Shown: in pieces, positions 16,037-26,277 of the stretch
Layout: each line of letters begins with the position of its first letter
How positions within the stretch are numbered: the first letter of the stretch is position 1
DNA from: a virus
Virus record (IMG/VR): IMGVR_UViG_3300033148_006239
Location: 1 to 64,000 of that record
Strand: one strand, 5' to 3'
DNA length: 64,000 nucleotides
The notes under the pieces: model-generated
The model's input: the letters and a program-made list of their open reading frames with translations, nothing else
What the model was told of the DNA's origin: nothing
The model's database searches: none
Program-made: the position numbers and the translations under genes

Positions 16037-16405
16037 TTATTTTTTCTTTTTTGAAGTCTTTTTAGCTGCTGGTTTAGCAGCACTTTTTGAAGATGTTCTT
16101 TTAACTTTTTCAAACTTTCCAATTTTCACGGCTTCGCGAGTCACATTTGAAAAAATAATCTTAGGAACAGTTTTTGCTGGAATTTTAATCTTTTCACCAG
16201 TTGAAGGATTAACACCATTTCTAGCCTGCTTGTCTTTAGGATAAAACGTACCAAAACCAGTGATTTTGACACGTACTTTTTTAGCCAAATTTTCTGTAAT
16301 AATATCAAAGATTGCTCTAGTGATTTTATTAACATCAGAAAATTTAACTTCAGTCTTAGTAGAAACAGCTTTTTCAAGCTCGAACATGTTTAATGTCTTA
16401 GACAT
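16037..16405 (-). CDS. HU-family DNA-binding protein with Lys/Ala-rich tail
   Basis: ITGFGTF...ARNGVNPSTGEKIKIPAKTVP; tail SAAKPAAKKTSKKKK. Confidence 0.9.
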   Translation of the reverse strand: MSKTLNMFELEKAVSTKTEVKFSDVNKITRAIFDIITENLAKKVRVKITGFGTFYPKDKQARNGVNPSTGEKIKIPAKTVPKIIFSNVTREAVKIGKFEKVKRTSSKSAAKPAAKKTSKKKK

Positions 16406-16415
16406 AATACACTCC

Positions 16416-16931
16416 TTAAATTTTTAAAATTTTTCTGAAGACGTTTTTATTCACACACTCTATAAACAGCATTGAATAATTAGTTAAATCTATTATTGAA
16501 TCTAATAAATCATCATGTTTTTGATGTGTTAACATATAAACAATTCTTTGTAATTTAAAAATTATTAACACATATATTCCTGGTGAATTACATAATTTAT
16601 ATGCATCACCATATTTAGTATTCCTCTCTTCTAGAATAGAAATACATACATCTCTAAAATAAGTGTCTTGATTTATTTTATTATTGTAATACTTTTGTGA
16701 TAAAATAATTGCACAAAATAAAAGTTTAAAAAGTTTTTTCTTTTTTAAGAAAATAAAAAATGAAAATTTAAACGAACTCTTAAGAAATTGATCAAGAAGA
16801 TGACTAAAATATTCAATATCTGCTTGTGAATCAAAATCTGAATCTAAGCCTGAATACATAATCTCAGATTTTGACATTGCTTTATTATATATTTCTTTAA
16901 CTTTTTTTATGTTCACCATTTTGCTCCTCAT
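16416..16931 (-). CDS. DUF1599-like (nucleotide-modification-associated, all-alpha) domain protein
   Basis: RNTKYGDA...KLQRI...DSIIDLTNYSM. Confidence 0.6.
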   Translation of the reverse strand: MRSKMVNIKKVKEIYNKAMSKSEIMYSGLDSDFDSQADIEYFSHLLDQFLKSSFKFSFFIFLKKKKLFKLLFCAIILSQKYYNNKINQDTYFRDVCISILEERNTKYGDAYKLCNSPGIYVLIIFKLQRIVYMLTHQKHDDLLDSIIDLTNYSMLFIECVNKNVFRKILKI

Positions 16932-17160
16932 TTAAACTTACTACTTTAATTTGTCTATTAGAAGGGTCAATATTATCATTAGATTCAGTGATAATTAAAA
17001 ATTTATCATCAGGAATATACTCAGAAAAATGAACTTTTGTATTATTATTACAAACAATACAAGCTACAGTATTTTCTTTAATTAAACTACTCATTTGTTC
17101 TAACCATTCGATCCATTTAGCAAGATCTTTATCACATTTATTTTGCATATTATTCCTCAT
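16897..17160 (-). CDS. Hypothetical protein (CxxC)
   Basis: ORF in operon. Confidence 0.65.
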   Translation of the reverse strand: MRNNMQNKCDKDLAKWIEWLEQMSSLIKENTVACIVCNNNTKVHFSEYIPDDKFLIITESNDNIDPSNRQIKVVSLNEEQNGEHKKS

Positions 17161-17440
17161 TATAATATTTAATCATTGCTCTAAATTTGCTTGACGGAAC
17201 AAATCTAACAAATATGTAACCCTTTTTCAATAAAAATTCTTTACCTTTCAATTTAATTTTTCTATCCTTTTTTCTAAAGAACGTCTTTAGAGATCCTACT
17301 TTACCTATATGAACGTCTGAATTGTTATTTAATATCATATCGATAATAACATCATTTGCCTCATTTAAAATACGTCTAACACTTCTCTCTGATATCTTTG
17401 TTCGTTTATGTATATTTCTAACAAGGAGGTTGAATGTCAT
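17150..17440 (-). CDS. Divergent HU/IHF-like protein
   Basis: Helix-helix-VHIGKVGSL...VRFVPSSKFR layout. Confidence 0.65.
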   Translation of the reverse strand: MTFNLLVRNIHKRTKISERSVRRILNEANDVIIDMILNNNSDVHIGKVGSLKTFFRKKDRKIKLKGKEFLLKKGYIFVRFVPSSKFRAMIKYYNEE

Positions 17441-18893
17441 CTAAATATCCATTTTCTATACCGACATAAGATTCCCTACTGTCAGTAATGTAATAATTAT
17501 ACTGTTTATAGTGAAATTGTCTTGAGTTTTTCATGCCTTGAGATCTCGCATCAGAATCAACTATATCATAGACGTGCGGCTTTTTCTTTTTTGAAAAATT
17601 TCTTCTTATCCTACCAGGAACTTGCTTAGACAAAATTTTGTCTGAAAATGGTGTAGTCAATATTTCAGTATCAAATTGTGGAAGATCAAATGCTTCACTC
17701 ATTAAATGATATGACGCATATATAACTCTCGTAGAATCATCTATTTTAACTTTTCTTTGAGTCTTTCCTGTATACTTAATTACATATTTTGATAAATTTG
17801 GATGATTTTTATTAAAGTCTTCTATCAAAAAATCAATATGCTTAATCCTATGACTCAGAATAATAATCTTTCTACCCTGTTTTAAGCATTTAAATACAAT
17901 ATTATTGATTAAAGAATTTCTTTCTTTACTATTATAAATTGCTTCTAAATAAACGTTGAAATCATCATGACTGAAATTGATATTAGTATAAATAAATTTG
18001 ATTTTAACATTCAATGCATCTGTTTCTTCAACGTTGAATATTCTTTTACCAATACTCCACATAAAAACATTAAAATTATCATTACGTTTCGGTGTCGCAG
18101 TACACCCTTTTCTTAATTTTGCAGCAAATCTATCAATTGATTTTCTAAACTCGAATGAACCAAAACGATGTGCTTCATCAAAGATAACTAAACCAAAATT
18201 ATCATAAAATTCACAATGATCTTTGTTATATGGCATTCCAATAAGTGTTTGAACCGTACTTATACAAATATCTTCACCTTTATATCTTTTACCTGATCCT
18301 TGTATACCTATACTTTCAGTATCTGTAAATTCTAATATCTTCTCTTTCCATTGTCTAATTAAAAAATCTTGATTTACAACAATGCATGTTTTCTTTTTTA
18401 ATCTACACATGACCTCAATCATCATTATTGTTTTACCACTACCAGTATCTGAAACTAATACATCTGTTTTATTTTGTACTAGACTATTTACAGGCTTTCT
18501 TTGAAATTTCTTTAATTTAATTTTTGAATTTATAACAATAGTATCACCTTCTATTGTTTCATCTTTAACATTTAATTTAGAATAATTATAATATCCTCTT
18601 GGAACTGCAAACAAATTATTAGTACGATGATAAATTTTAATTTTCTCATCAATATCTTCAAGTAAATATGTCATTTGCCTAGCACGTTTCTTTAAATTCC
18701 TTTGCTCTACTGTTTCTGGTTTATCTATATTAATTGAATCTATATATTGTTTAGTTTTTACATATTCTGGATTATCTAAAATAAGCTCAGACTTTAATCT
18801 GAGAATTAGATTTTTATATCGCTTGAAATCACCTTTGTCTTTCTCAAATGTTAAAAAGCGTCGTACTACCATATCAATATCCATATTCATCAA
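17418..18893 (-). CDS. Superfamily 2 DNA helicase (UvsW-like)
   Basis: TGSGKT, DEAH, TATP, QVPGRIRR. Confidence 0.9.
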   Translation of the reverse strand: MMNMDIDMVVRRFLTFEKDKGDFKRYKNLILRLKSELILDNPEYVKTKQYIDSINIDKPETVEQRNLKKRARQMTYLLEDIDEKIKIYHRTNNLFAVPRGYYNYSKLNVKDETIEGDTIVINSKIKLKKFQRKPVNSLVQNKTDVLVSDTGSGKTIMMIEVMCRLKKKTCIVVNQDFLIRQWKEKILEFTDTESIGIQGSGKRYKGEDICISTVQTLIGMPYNKDHCEFYDNFGLVIFDEAHRFGSFEFRKSIDRFAAKLRKGCTATPKRNDNFNVFMWSIGKRIFNVEETDALNVKIKFIYTNINFSHDDFNVYLEAIYNSKERNSLINNIVFKCLKQGRKIIILSHRIKHIDFLIEDFNKNHPNLSKYVIKYTGKTQRKVKIDDSTRVIYASYHLMSEAFDLPQFDTEILTTPFSDKILSKQVPGRIRRNFSKKKKPHVYDIVDSDARSQGMKNSRQFHYKQYNYYITDSRESYVGIENGYLDDIQPPC

Positions 18894-19314
18894 TTAAATA
18901 ATTACGTAATTCTTTATATTCTTCATCTGTTAATTTATACTTTTCATTTTTTAATTTTTTGTCAAGTTGTTGATCTTTTGCAGTTCCCCATAATAAATTA
19001 GAAACATGATTATTTGATGGATCATTATCTAAATGCCTTGTTTGTAAACCTTTACTCAAGCCATCACCTAAATTTGATTTAAATTTCCATAATACTAAAT
19101 GATGTACCGCAATTCTTTTTGAATTAATATATCCCGTTTTATTATCGTGAAATAATCTAACTCTTTTATATCCACAATGATCAATATCAAATTTTAATAA
19201 TTTCCTATAAACACCTTTGACATTACCATAATTAGATACAGAATATCTACTAAATATACCTTTTGGTATTTCATCAATAACTTTCCATATCTCATCTCTA
19301 ATAATATTACTCGT
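18874..19314 (-). mobile_element. NUMOD4-HNH homing endonuclease; frame opens at ACG rather than ATG
   Basis: Frame open from 19314: EIWKVI...YSVSNYGNVK...VHHLVL...RHLDNDPSNNHVSNLLWGT; the track shows only the last 61 aa. Confidence 0.75.
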
Positions 19315-19534
19315 TTACTTTAAATTCATGTTTTATTTCTGTTTTCTTTTTTAAATTATAATTTTCTTTTTTTGTATCTTTTTTAGAAATATTTTTTATT
19401 AATGTTTTTAATGTTCCTTCCGTAGGATATTTCTTTTTTCTTATAAAATACTTAGCAATATTTTCAGAAAAAATTACAAATAATAATAACAATACTGCTA
19501 CTATTATTAATATTAATGTCATTATATCAATCAT
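19307..19534 (-). CDS. Small single-TM protein
   Basis: Hydrophobic N-terminus, basic tail. Confidence 0.7.
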   Translation of the reverse strand: MIDIMTLILIIVAVLLLLFVIFSENIAKYFIRKKKYPTEGTLKTLIKNISKKDTKKENYNLKKKTEIKHEFKVNE

Positions 19535-19556
19535 ATTTATCTCATAATCTCCTGTT

Positions 19557-19751
19557 TTATTTGCTATTGTACAATCGAATCACTGCACTTAATCCGCTTC
19601 TAACAATAACACAATTTGATTTTAATAATCCCCTGATAGCCGTTGCGTTTAAATTAACATCTTCATCGTTAAGAAAGTCATTTAATAATTTAGTTGCCTC
19701 AAGGGCGACTTGAGCTTCTTTTTCGTGTTCTTTGGCGTTTTCTTCAGTCAT
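19557..19751 (-). CDS. Hypothetical protein
   Basis: GAGG RBS. Confidence 0.7.
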   Translation of the reverse strand: MTEENAKEHEKEAQVALEATKLLNDFLNDEDVNLNATAIRGLLKSNCVIVRSGLSAVIRLYNSK

Positions 19752-19759
19752 TGATTACC

Positions 19760-19954
19760 TCACTCTGTCTGTGTACCTACAATCTGCTTTTTTATCAAAT
19801 CCTCAATCCAGTCAGGGATAGATTCACCTATCGTTATATCTATTTTGCTACTATTATGCTGAATCAGTAGAATTAATTTAGTCTGCCAGTCATACGCCTG
19901 TTTATAGCGCTCCACTTCTTCCACTGACATCTCGTACAAGTCTTTTATTTTCAT
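19760..19954 (-). CDS. Hypothetical protein
   Basis: AGGAG RBS. Confidence 0.7.
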   Translation of the reverse strand: MKIKDLYEMSVEEVERYKQAYDWQTKLILLIQHNSSKIDITIGESIPDWIEDLIKKQIVGTQTE

Positions 19955-19971
19955 TCTATACTCCTATTCTA

Positions 19972-20409
19972 TCAAAATGCTTTACCATGCTTAACGGGTC
20001 TTTTCTTATTTATCTTGATCTTCTCTTTGATTTTATTTAAGATTTTAGGTTCCATTATCCCACAAAAACTAAATAATCTGATAAATGTATCAGCTATTTC
20101 TTCTTTAAAATTTGCTTTATCAGATATAGTATAAGAAAAACTTGGCATATTATTTTTATTTGCAGCTCTAAATGTTTCAAACTCTTTCATTAGAGTAATA
20201 AATCTTGCAATAACATCAACAACGTAAGCATCTTGTTCTGTCACGATAGTATTTTCTTTTGGTATAACTACTTCAAGACATTCTGCCATCTCTGATGCAA
20301 CTAAAAGTAATTGCTCAGGTACTCTTGAAACATCAAACTTTTTAGTCTTTGTTATTGATGCACAACATTTCATTATATCATCAAATTTTTCTAATTCAGA
20401 TATTTTCAT
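19972..20409 (-). CDS. MazG-like NTP pyrophosphohydrolase
   Basis: LVASEMAECLE...EEIADTFIRL...KIKINKKRPVKHGKAF. Confidence 0.8.
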   Translation of the reverse strand: MKISELEKFDDIMKCCASITKTKKFDVSRVPEQLLLVASEMAECLEVVIPKENTIVTEQDAYVVDVIARFITLMKEFETFRAANKNNMPSFSYTISDKANFKEEIADTFIRLFSFCGIMEPKILNKIKEKIKINKKRPVKHGKAF

Positions 20410-20410
20410 A

Positions 20411-20662
20411 TTAATATATTAACCTCGACTTAATATTGAAACTAATCTTTTCTCTTTGCTTCAAATAAAAATTGTTATACAATCTTTTTAATCCTATAAA
20501 ACTTTTTGTTTTTGTTTTTACTCTTGCAGAAGTATATAACTTGGGTATATACTTTGCAACTAATTCTTCTAAACCTGTGTCATAATAACAAAAAAAATCA
20601 ACATAATCATCATGCCAATGTACTTCAAAATAAATATTCTTTTTACGTTTTGCTTTTGCCAT
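20411..20662 (-). CDS. Hypothetical protein
   Basis: AAGGAG RBS downstream of a middle-class promoter. Confidence 0.75.
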   Translation of the reverse strand: MAKAKRKKNIYFEVHWHDDYVDFFCYYDTGLEELVAKYIPKLYTSARVKTKTKSFIGLKRLYNNFYLKQREKISFNIKSRLIY

Positions 20663-20683
20663 AATTTTCTCCTTACATAAGAT

Positions 20684-20710
20684 AATAACAATCTTAGAAG
20701 AAAATTAACA
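20684..20710 (-). promoter_or_regulatory. Middle-class promoter TGTTAA-N14-TGTTAT
   Basis: Same spacing at 35290, 50146 and 53750. Confidence 0.7.
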
Positions 20711-20714
20711 TAAT

Positions 20715-23700
20715 TTAACCACAACTACCATCAGAATTACCACAATTTGGACATGTTTTACATCTTCCTGTTTGTTCCATCAATGTTCCACATTTACTAC
20801 ATGATTCACCAGTTTCTTTTTGAACTTGTGTAACATTTTTATCTAAATATTTCATTAATAAATATTTACCTAAATAGTCTGAAGGTGAATTAACAAATCT
20901 TAATTCATTGATACTGCTTGATGTAATTCCAGCAGGTTCATATTTCATATCAATTAATGAATTACATAATTCTTCTAAAGGAACTTCGTATTGTAATGCC
21001 TTTGATATTATCTTTGCAAGTGAATCCATTAAACCAGCAGTCGTAGATCCTTCTTTATTCATAATTATAAATAATTCTGCTAAACTACCATCATCAAATT
21101 CACCTGGAATTATATACATTGTTTGTTTATCAATCTTTACTTTATGTACTGAGGCATTTCTTGTATCATCAAGTGCTTTCTTTTTATTGCTTTGACCAAT
21201 AAAACCTTTATTATTACCAGTATTCAGTGGCTGAGTCATTTTACTTCCATCTCTGTAAATTGTAATACCTTTTAATTTACTTTTCCACGCAAACATAAAT
21301 GCATCTTTAACATCATCAACTGTAGAATCTGAACTCATATTTATTGTCTTTGAAATCGCACCACTGATAAAGGGTTGTACTGCAGCAACCATCATTATAT
21401 GTGCTTCATAGCTAAGCATATTCCCAGCTTTATCGGGTAATGAACATTCAAATACTTTTTGATGTTCTTCTTTCAAAAATTTACAATCACTTAAATCATT
21501 ATTCTCTGACAGATGTTCTAGAATATTTCTCGTATAATTTTCATCATATCCTAGTGCTTTCAATGCATTTTGTACCGAATCATTTATTAAAATTTCTGTA
21601 GTACCACTTATTAATTTCTTATACTTTATTAAAGCTAAATCAGACTCAATACCTGTCGTATCACAATCCATTAAAAATGATATTGTACCAGTAGGAGCTA
21701 TTACTGTAACTTGAGCGTTTCTAAATGTTAAACCTTCCGATGTAATAAATGACCAATTATCAAGTGCTTCGTCGTACAATTCATTATAATTAAAATCTAT
21801 CTTTAATTGAGGAAAATTTATTCTTTTGTGTTCTACTAAATGCTTCTTAAGAACCTTTCTGAAAGAAGATTTATTTTTTTCAAAATATTTAAATGGTTCT
21901 AAAAATTCAGATACTTCAGAGCTTACAGCATAAGCAGTAGACGTCATTAAACTAGTGATAAGAGATGCGATTAATCTTCCATCATCTGAATCATAAGGAA
22001 TACCTAATGTCATTAACAGTGATCCAAGATTACTAAAGCCTAATCCTAATGGTCTAAAATCTTGTGAATTTTCTTTTACTGATTCATTTGGATATTCAGA
22101 AATCTCACATATAATATCTTGCGAAATTACAAATAATTTTATAATGTGCTTGAATTTATCAATATCAAATTTATTACCATCTAGAAGTTTTATTAAATTA
22201 ACCGATGCTAAATTACATGCACTATCATTAAGAAAAACATATTCACCACAATTATGTATAATAACAAATCCCTTCTCAGATCCAGCAGCAAAATTTCCCA
22301 ACGAAGGAACAGATAAATCATAAACATCTTCACGTTTACGTTTTCTTACATAAATAACTTTATGATTATATTGTAAACATTTTTCTTTAAAATCATCCCA
22401 ATCTAAACCTTGAACTCTTCTTTTATAAGTATGACCAATAGGAGCTTTACCTCTATAGCGTTCTTTAACTATTTTATTCCATTCATTTAATTCTGATCTA
22501 TTAACTCTCTTATTTTTAGAATAATTTTCTAAAGCTTCAACCATTATATTATATAATAGTTTAGCGTCACAATCCATAAACATACCATTATTAACACCTT
22601 TCCTAGCACAATTTTCTTTCCAAAGATCATATTTTTCTTTATTCGTATTCTTCAAAATACGAATAGGATTATTATCTCCCATAACATGATCTCTAGCATG
22701 CTTTGACTTTGAAATAACTTCTAAATTATTTGGATCATCATTGAGCTTATCATGATCTTTATGATGTACATGAAATTGTCTATCACTTCTATCAAAATCT
22801 AATATATCGTTAGCAACAACTCTATTACACTTTTGTAATGGATATTCACCATCCAAAAGATTCATTCTTCTATACCCAAATTTATCAACTCTACAATAAA
22901 ATGGTGTCAAAGAATCACCTTGTTTTAAATCTTTTGCTTTTTTATATTTACCGTTCTTTAATAAAAATCTATGATCTGGTGTACAATCTATATAGCCACC
23001 ACTACCGAACCCGACTCTTACTGTTTCTGTATTAACTTTTGTTTTAACTATCTTATTGACTTTTCCAACTGAAATCCTTTTCCTATCATAAGAATAACCA
23101 TAAACATATAAATTATCATAATCATTAATAAGTTCATCAACTCTTTTCGGACCACGCGTCGTAAATATTAATGTTGATCCAGTAACACATGGATTACTAG
23201 ATTCTATCTTACCACTTCTCTTGCACGTGTGCCAATCATTAACTCTCGTATCAAAGAACAAAGCAGGATCTCCACAAAAATGTGAATATTCACAAATTTT
23301 ATTAAATACTTCTTTTGCATTCAAAATATCAATTTGATCACCAGTTGTTCTTGCCACTGTGGCGTACGTATTATTTTGCACTACTCTTTCCATAAAATCG
23401 TCAGTTACGGAAACAGAAAAATTACTGTTCTGAAAATTAACATGTTTATATGCACTATTTTTACTAGAAAAATCTGTCGAATATTCTCCTGTAGAAGCTA
23501 ATAATCTTGCTTTAATCTCTTCTTTATATTTAGCTTCAATAAATTCAATAATATCAGGATGGTCGTAGTTCAATATTTCCATTTTTGCGGCGCGACGTGT
23601 ATTTGAAACACAAATTCCTTTACCATAAATATCACTTTTATTATCTAACGACCATATAATATAATTATGACCAGAATTTATAGATTTATCATCTAAAGAA

Positions 23701-25214
23701 TCGCAATCAACTTCAACAGAATATACTTCTTCTTCTTTTAATTTTATTATTTCAATAATTTTATGATTATTTTCATTTACTGTTTTTAAAAAATTTTCAT
23801 AATCACCAAAATAATTTTCGATACTTCTTTTTAATCTTGGTACACTGTCAAATTTACCAATATATTTTAATCTATTTTTTACATATAAATCAAATGTATC
23901 TATATTTCCACCTGCATTAATAACTCTATATGCAGTATTCATTAATTTAGTTTTAGCTGTTTTATCAGAATATTTAACTTTTCTATTTTTTCCTGAAATA
24001 CTCAATTTTTCTTTCCAATTTTTAACTTTTTCTTCGTCTTTATGAAAATTATTTTTCTTATGCATTCCATTTTTTTCACCTTTTTTAGGCAAAGGTTTTA
24101 ACCATGGATGACTTTTATTTTTTACATATTCATCATTATGAATTTTTGCATGTTCTTTTTGTGTTAAAATTTGTAAATTATTTAAACTATTATTATGTGT
24201 ATTACTATCTTTATGATGAACTACTTTACCTTTTAAATCTTTATTTAAAATATCTTTACTGATTAATCTATATAGTGTATCTCTTCCTTTTTTACCATCC
24301 ATTAATCCAATTCTCATTTTCTCATCGATATTAAATGAAAATAATCTCATTCCAACTTCTAAGTCTATTGTATGTATAAACTCACCTGTTCTCAATTTAA
24401 TAGGATGATCATAACTTAAATCAAATGTACCTTTATCTGTTTTAATCCTATAGCATTGTTTGATACCTGAACACCACGCTTTAGCACTTTTAACCATATA
24501 TCTATTTTTTTTAGGATCAAAACTACAAACATAAAATTTATCTTTTGTTAATTCATCAATCCTTTTTGCTCCGTCAATAGTATAAATTTTTTGGTGACCT
24601 GGTAAACATTTACCGCCCGACTTAACTACCGCAGCTGTCTTATCGTATAATTCCATAAACGAAAGAGGACCTGATGGAACACCACCACCTGACAATTTCT
24701 CTCTAAATGATCTAATCTTACTTCTATTAGAACCTATTCCTGATCCATATTTAAATATCTTAGCTTCGTTTGCAACATTATCTATAATTGAATCTATAGT
24801 GTCTTCAGAATCAACTATAAAACAAGCACTTAAAAATCCTTTTTTATCATTACCTAAGTTGAATAATACTGGACTATTAAACATTGTAATTTGATGAATT
24901 AAAATGTACATCATTTCATTATAAAAAGTTTCATGATTTTTAGTATCAAAATATTTTAATCTGACACCATTTTCGCATAATCTCGAAACAATTCTATCAA
25001 ACATATCAAAGATTGAATATTCATTTTCTGTTAAATAAAATTTTGTTGCAATTCTAACTGCTACATCAGACCAAAAATCTGGATATTCTATAACCTTTTT
25101 ATAATTATGATCATTATCATCGCTATATTCTATTTCTTTGCTTATCCAATTGCAGAAATCTTTCTTCTTCATTATTGAAAATTTACGTGTGTAAGCATTA
25201 TTTATCTTTATCAT
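20715..25214 (-). CDS. nrdJ: Class II (B12-dependent) ribonucleotide reductase with two inteins
   Basis: FNSP, SACF, NP|CGE, ACNLAS, IAPTGTIS, ISKTIN, YRDGS motifs; C-terminal Zn ribbon. Confidence 0.93.
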   Translation of the reverse strand: MIKINNAYTRKFSIMKKKDFCNWISKEIEYSDDNDHNYKKVIEYPDFWSDVAVRIATKFYLTENEYSIFDMFDRIVSRLCENGVRLKYFDTKNHETFYNEMMYILIHQITMFNSPVLFNLGNDKKGFLSACFIVDSEDTIDSIIDNVANEAKIFKYGSGIGSNRSKIRSFREKLSGGGVPSGPLSFMELYDKTAAVVKSGGKCLPGHQKIYTIDGAKRIDELTKDKFYVCSFDPKKNRYMVKSAKAWCSGIKQCYRIKTDKGTFDLSYDHPIKLRTGEFIHTIDLEVGMRLFSFNIDEKMRIGLMDGKKGRDTLYRLISKDILNKDLKGKVVHHKDSNTHNNSLNNLQILTQKEHAKIHNDEYVKNKSHPWLKPLPKKGEKNGMHKKNNFHKDEEKVKNWKEKLSISGKNRKVKYSDKTAKTKLMNTAYRVINAGGNIDTFDLYVKNRLKYIGKFDSVPRLKRSIENYFGDYENFLKTVNENNHKIIEIIKLKEEEVYSVEVDCDSLDDKSINSGHNYIIWSLDNKSDIYGKGICVSNTRRAAKMEILNYDHPDIIEFIEAKYKEEIKARLLASTGEYSTDFSSKNSAYKHVNFQNSNFSVSVTDDFMERVVQNNTYATVARTTGDQIDILNAKEVFNKICEYSHFCGDPALFFDTRVNDWHTCKRSGKIESSNPCVTGSTLIFTTRGPKRVDELINDYDNLYVYGYSYDRKRISVGKVNKIVKTKVNTETVRVGFGSGGYIDCTPDHRFLLKNGKYKKAKDLKQGDSLTPFYCRVDKFGYRRMNLLDGEYPLQKCNRVVANDILDFDRSDRQFHVHHKDHDKLNDDPNNLEVISKSKHARDHVMGDNNPIRILKNTNKEKYDLWKENCARKGVNNGMFMDCDAKLLYNIMVEALENYSKNKRVNRSELNEWNKIVKERYRGKAPIGHTYKRRVQGLDWDDFKEKCLQYNHKVIYVRKRKREDVYDLSVPSLGNFAAGSEKGFVIIHNCGEYVFLNDSACNLASVNLIKLLDGNKFDIDKFKHIIKLFVISQDIICEISEYPNESVKENSQDFRPLGLGFSNLGSLLMTLGIPYDSDDGRLIASLITSLMTSTAYAVSSEVSEFLEPFKYFEKNKSSFRKVLKKHLVEHKRINFPQLKIDFNYNELYDEALDNWSFITSEGLTFRNAQVTVIAPTGTISFLMDCDTTGIESDLALIKYKKLISGTTEILINDSVQNALKALGYDENYTRNILEHLSENNDLSDCKFLKEEHQKVFECSLPDKAGNMLSYEAHIMMVAAVQPFISGAISKTINMSSDSTVDDVKDAFMFAWKSKLKGITIYRDGSKMTQPLNTGNNKGFIGQSNKKKALDDTRNASVHKVKIDKQTMYIIPGEFDDGSLAELFIIMNKEGSTTAGLMDSLAKIISKALQYEVPLEELCNSLIDMKYEPAGITSSSINELRFVNSPSDYLGKYLLMKYLDKNVTQVQKETGESCSKCGTLMEQTGRCKTCPNCGNSDGSCG
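22251..23189 (-). mobile_element. Intein 2 (313 aa) with HNH endonuclease, at the NP|CGE catalytic Cys
   Basis: Starts CVTGSTLI; block B CTPDH; HHKDHDKLNDDPNNL; ends VYDL...IIHN/C. Confidence 0.92.
23601..24608 (-). mobile_element. Intein 1 (336 aa) with HNH endonuclease, at KSGGK|TRRAA
   Basis: Starts CLPGHQKI; block B LSYDH; HHKDSNTHNNSLNNL; ends CVSN/T. Confidence 0.88.
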
Positions 25215-25335
25215 TCATCTTCCTTTAAATTACCAAATAGTTTTTTATTTTCTAAATAAATGATTACAATAATCCCAACTACACAAAATAAAAGACATGC
25301 AAAAATAAATATTGTAAATAATAATTGTAATATTG

Positions 25336-26277
25336 TCATTTATTTTCCTTTAAAATTTTATTAATATCATCTATTTGAAATCCTGCAGCTTGTTTATGTC
25401 CACCACCACCCATTACTTTTGCTATTTTAGAACAGTCTATATGATCGTGTGTTGTATAAAGACTCACTGTCCATGTACCATTTTTATTCAGATAGAATGG
25501 CACCATCAAATCGTGTGTTGCGGGATCATAAACAGAATCAAACACCATAGAATTACCAAGTGCACGATTAATAACAATCGCATTCATTGTAATATACCCA
25601 GTAATATCTAAAGTGTGTGGTAATTCAAATAAAACACGATGTTCATAATTATAACGAATTTTCATTTCAAAGGCTGTTTGTGTTGCGTATTTAGCATTAT
25701 CAGAATTAACATATTTTAATATCAGGTTACCTTCCGAAATAATCCTCTCGGTCATTTCACAACATAATTGATCGTTAGCGAATAGTTTTTTCCAAAAATC
25801 CATATTATCTGTTAACCCGGGTGTAGTAAATGGATACATTCTTAATCCATATTGAAAAGGTAATGTATCTGTATTTGATTGATCCCAAATATCATAGCGG
25901 CCTAGCAATCTTACTACCTTTGGCATCGGTATTTTAGGATATATATATTCCCATGTTAATTCACATCCAGCCTTGTCAAGAGCAAAATAAAATTTAAAAT
26001 TGCTAGGCTTATCTTCCATTTTCTGAAGCTCTTCGTCTGTTGTTTTATGATGGTCGATAAGAACAAGCGTGTCGCACATATCCGCTAATTTCAACATATC
26101 CACAAACGGTTGTAGACAAAAATCAACAAAATAAATCGTTTCATCCGATCTAATCGAATCCCAGGGAAAAGGGTCACAATAATTTATACCGATCATTTCG
26201 CATCCTGGATATTTGTGTTTGACGATTGCACCCGAAGCATGACCATCAAGATCTGCTGAGTGATAAAAACATTTCAT
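25336..26277 (-). CDS. DHH/DHHA1 phosphoesterase
   Basis: YHSADLDG, VDF, IDHH, GGGGHKQAAGF; AGGAG RBS before 26277. Confidence 0.9.
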   Translation of the reverse strand: MKCFYHSADLDGHASGAIVKHKYPGCEMIGINYCDPFPWDSIRSDETIYFVDFCLQPFVDMLKLADMCDTLVLIDHHKTTDEELQKMEDKPSNFKFYFALDKAGCELTWEYIYPKIPMPKVVRLLGRYDIWDQSNTDTLPFQYGLRMYPFTTPGLTDNMDFWKKLFANDQLCCEMTERIISEGNLILKYVNSDNAKYATQTAFEMKIRYNYEHRVLFELPHTLDITGYITMNAIVINRALGNSMVFDSVYDPATHDLMVPFYLNKNGTWTVSLYTTHDHIDCSKIAKVMGGGGHKQAAGFQIDDINKILKENK

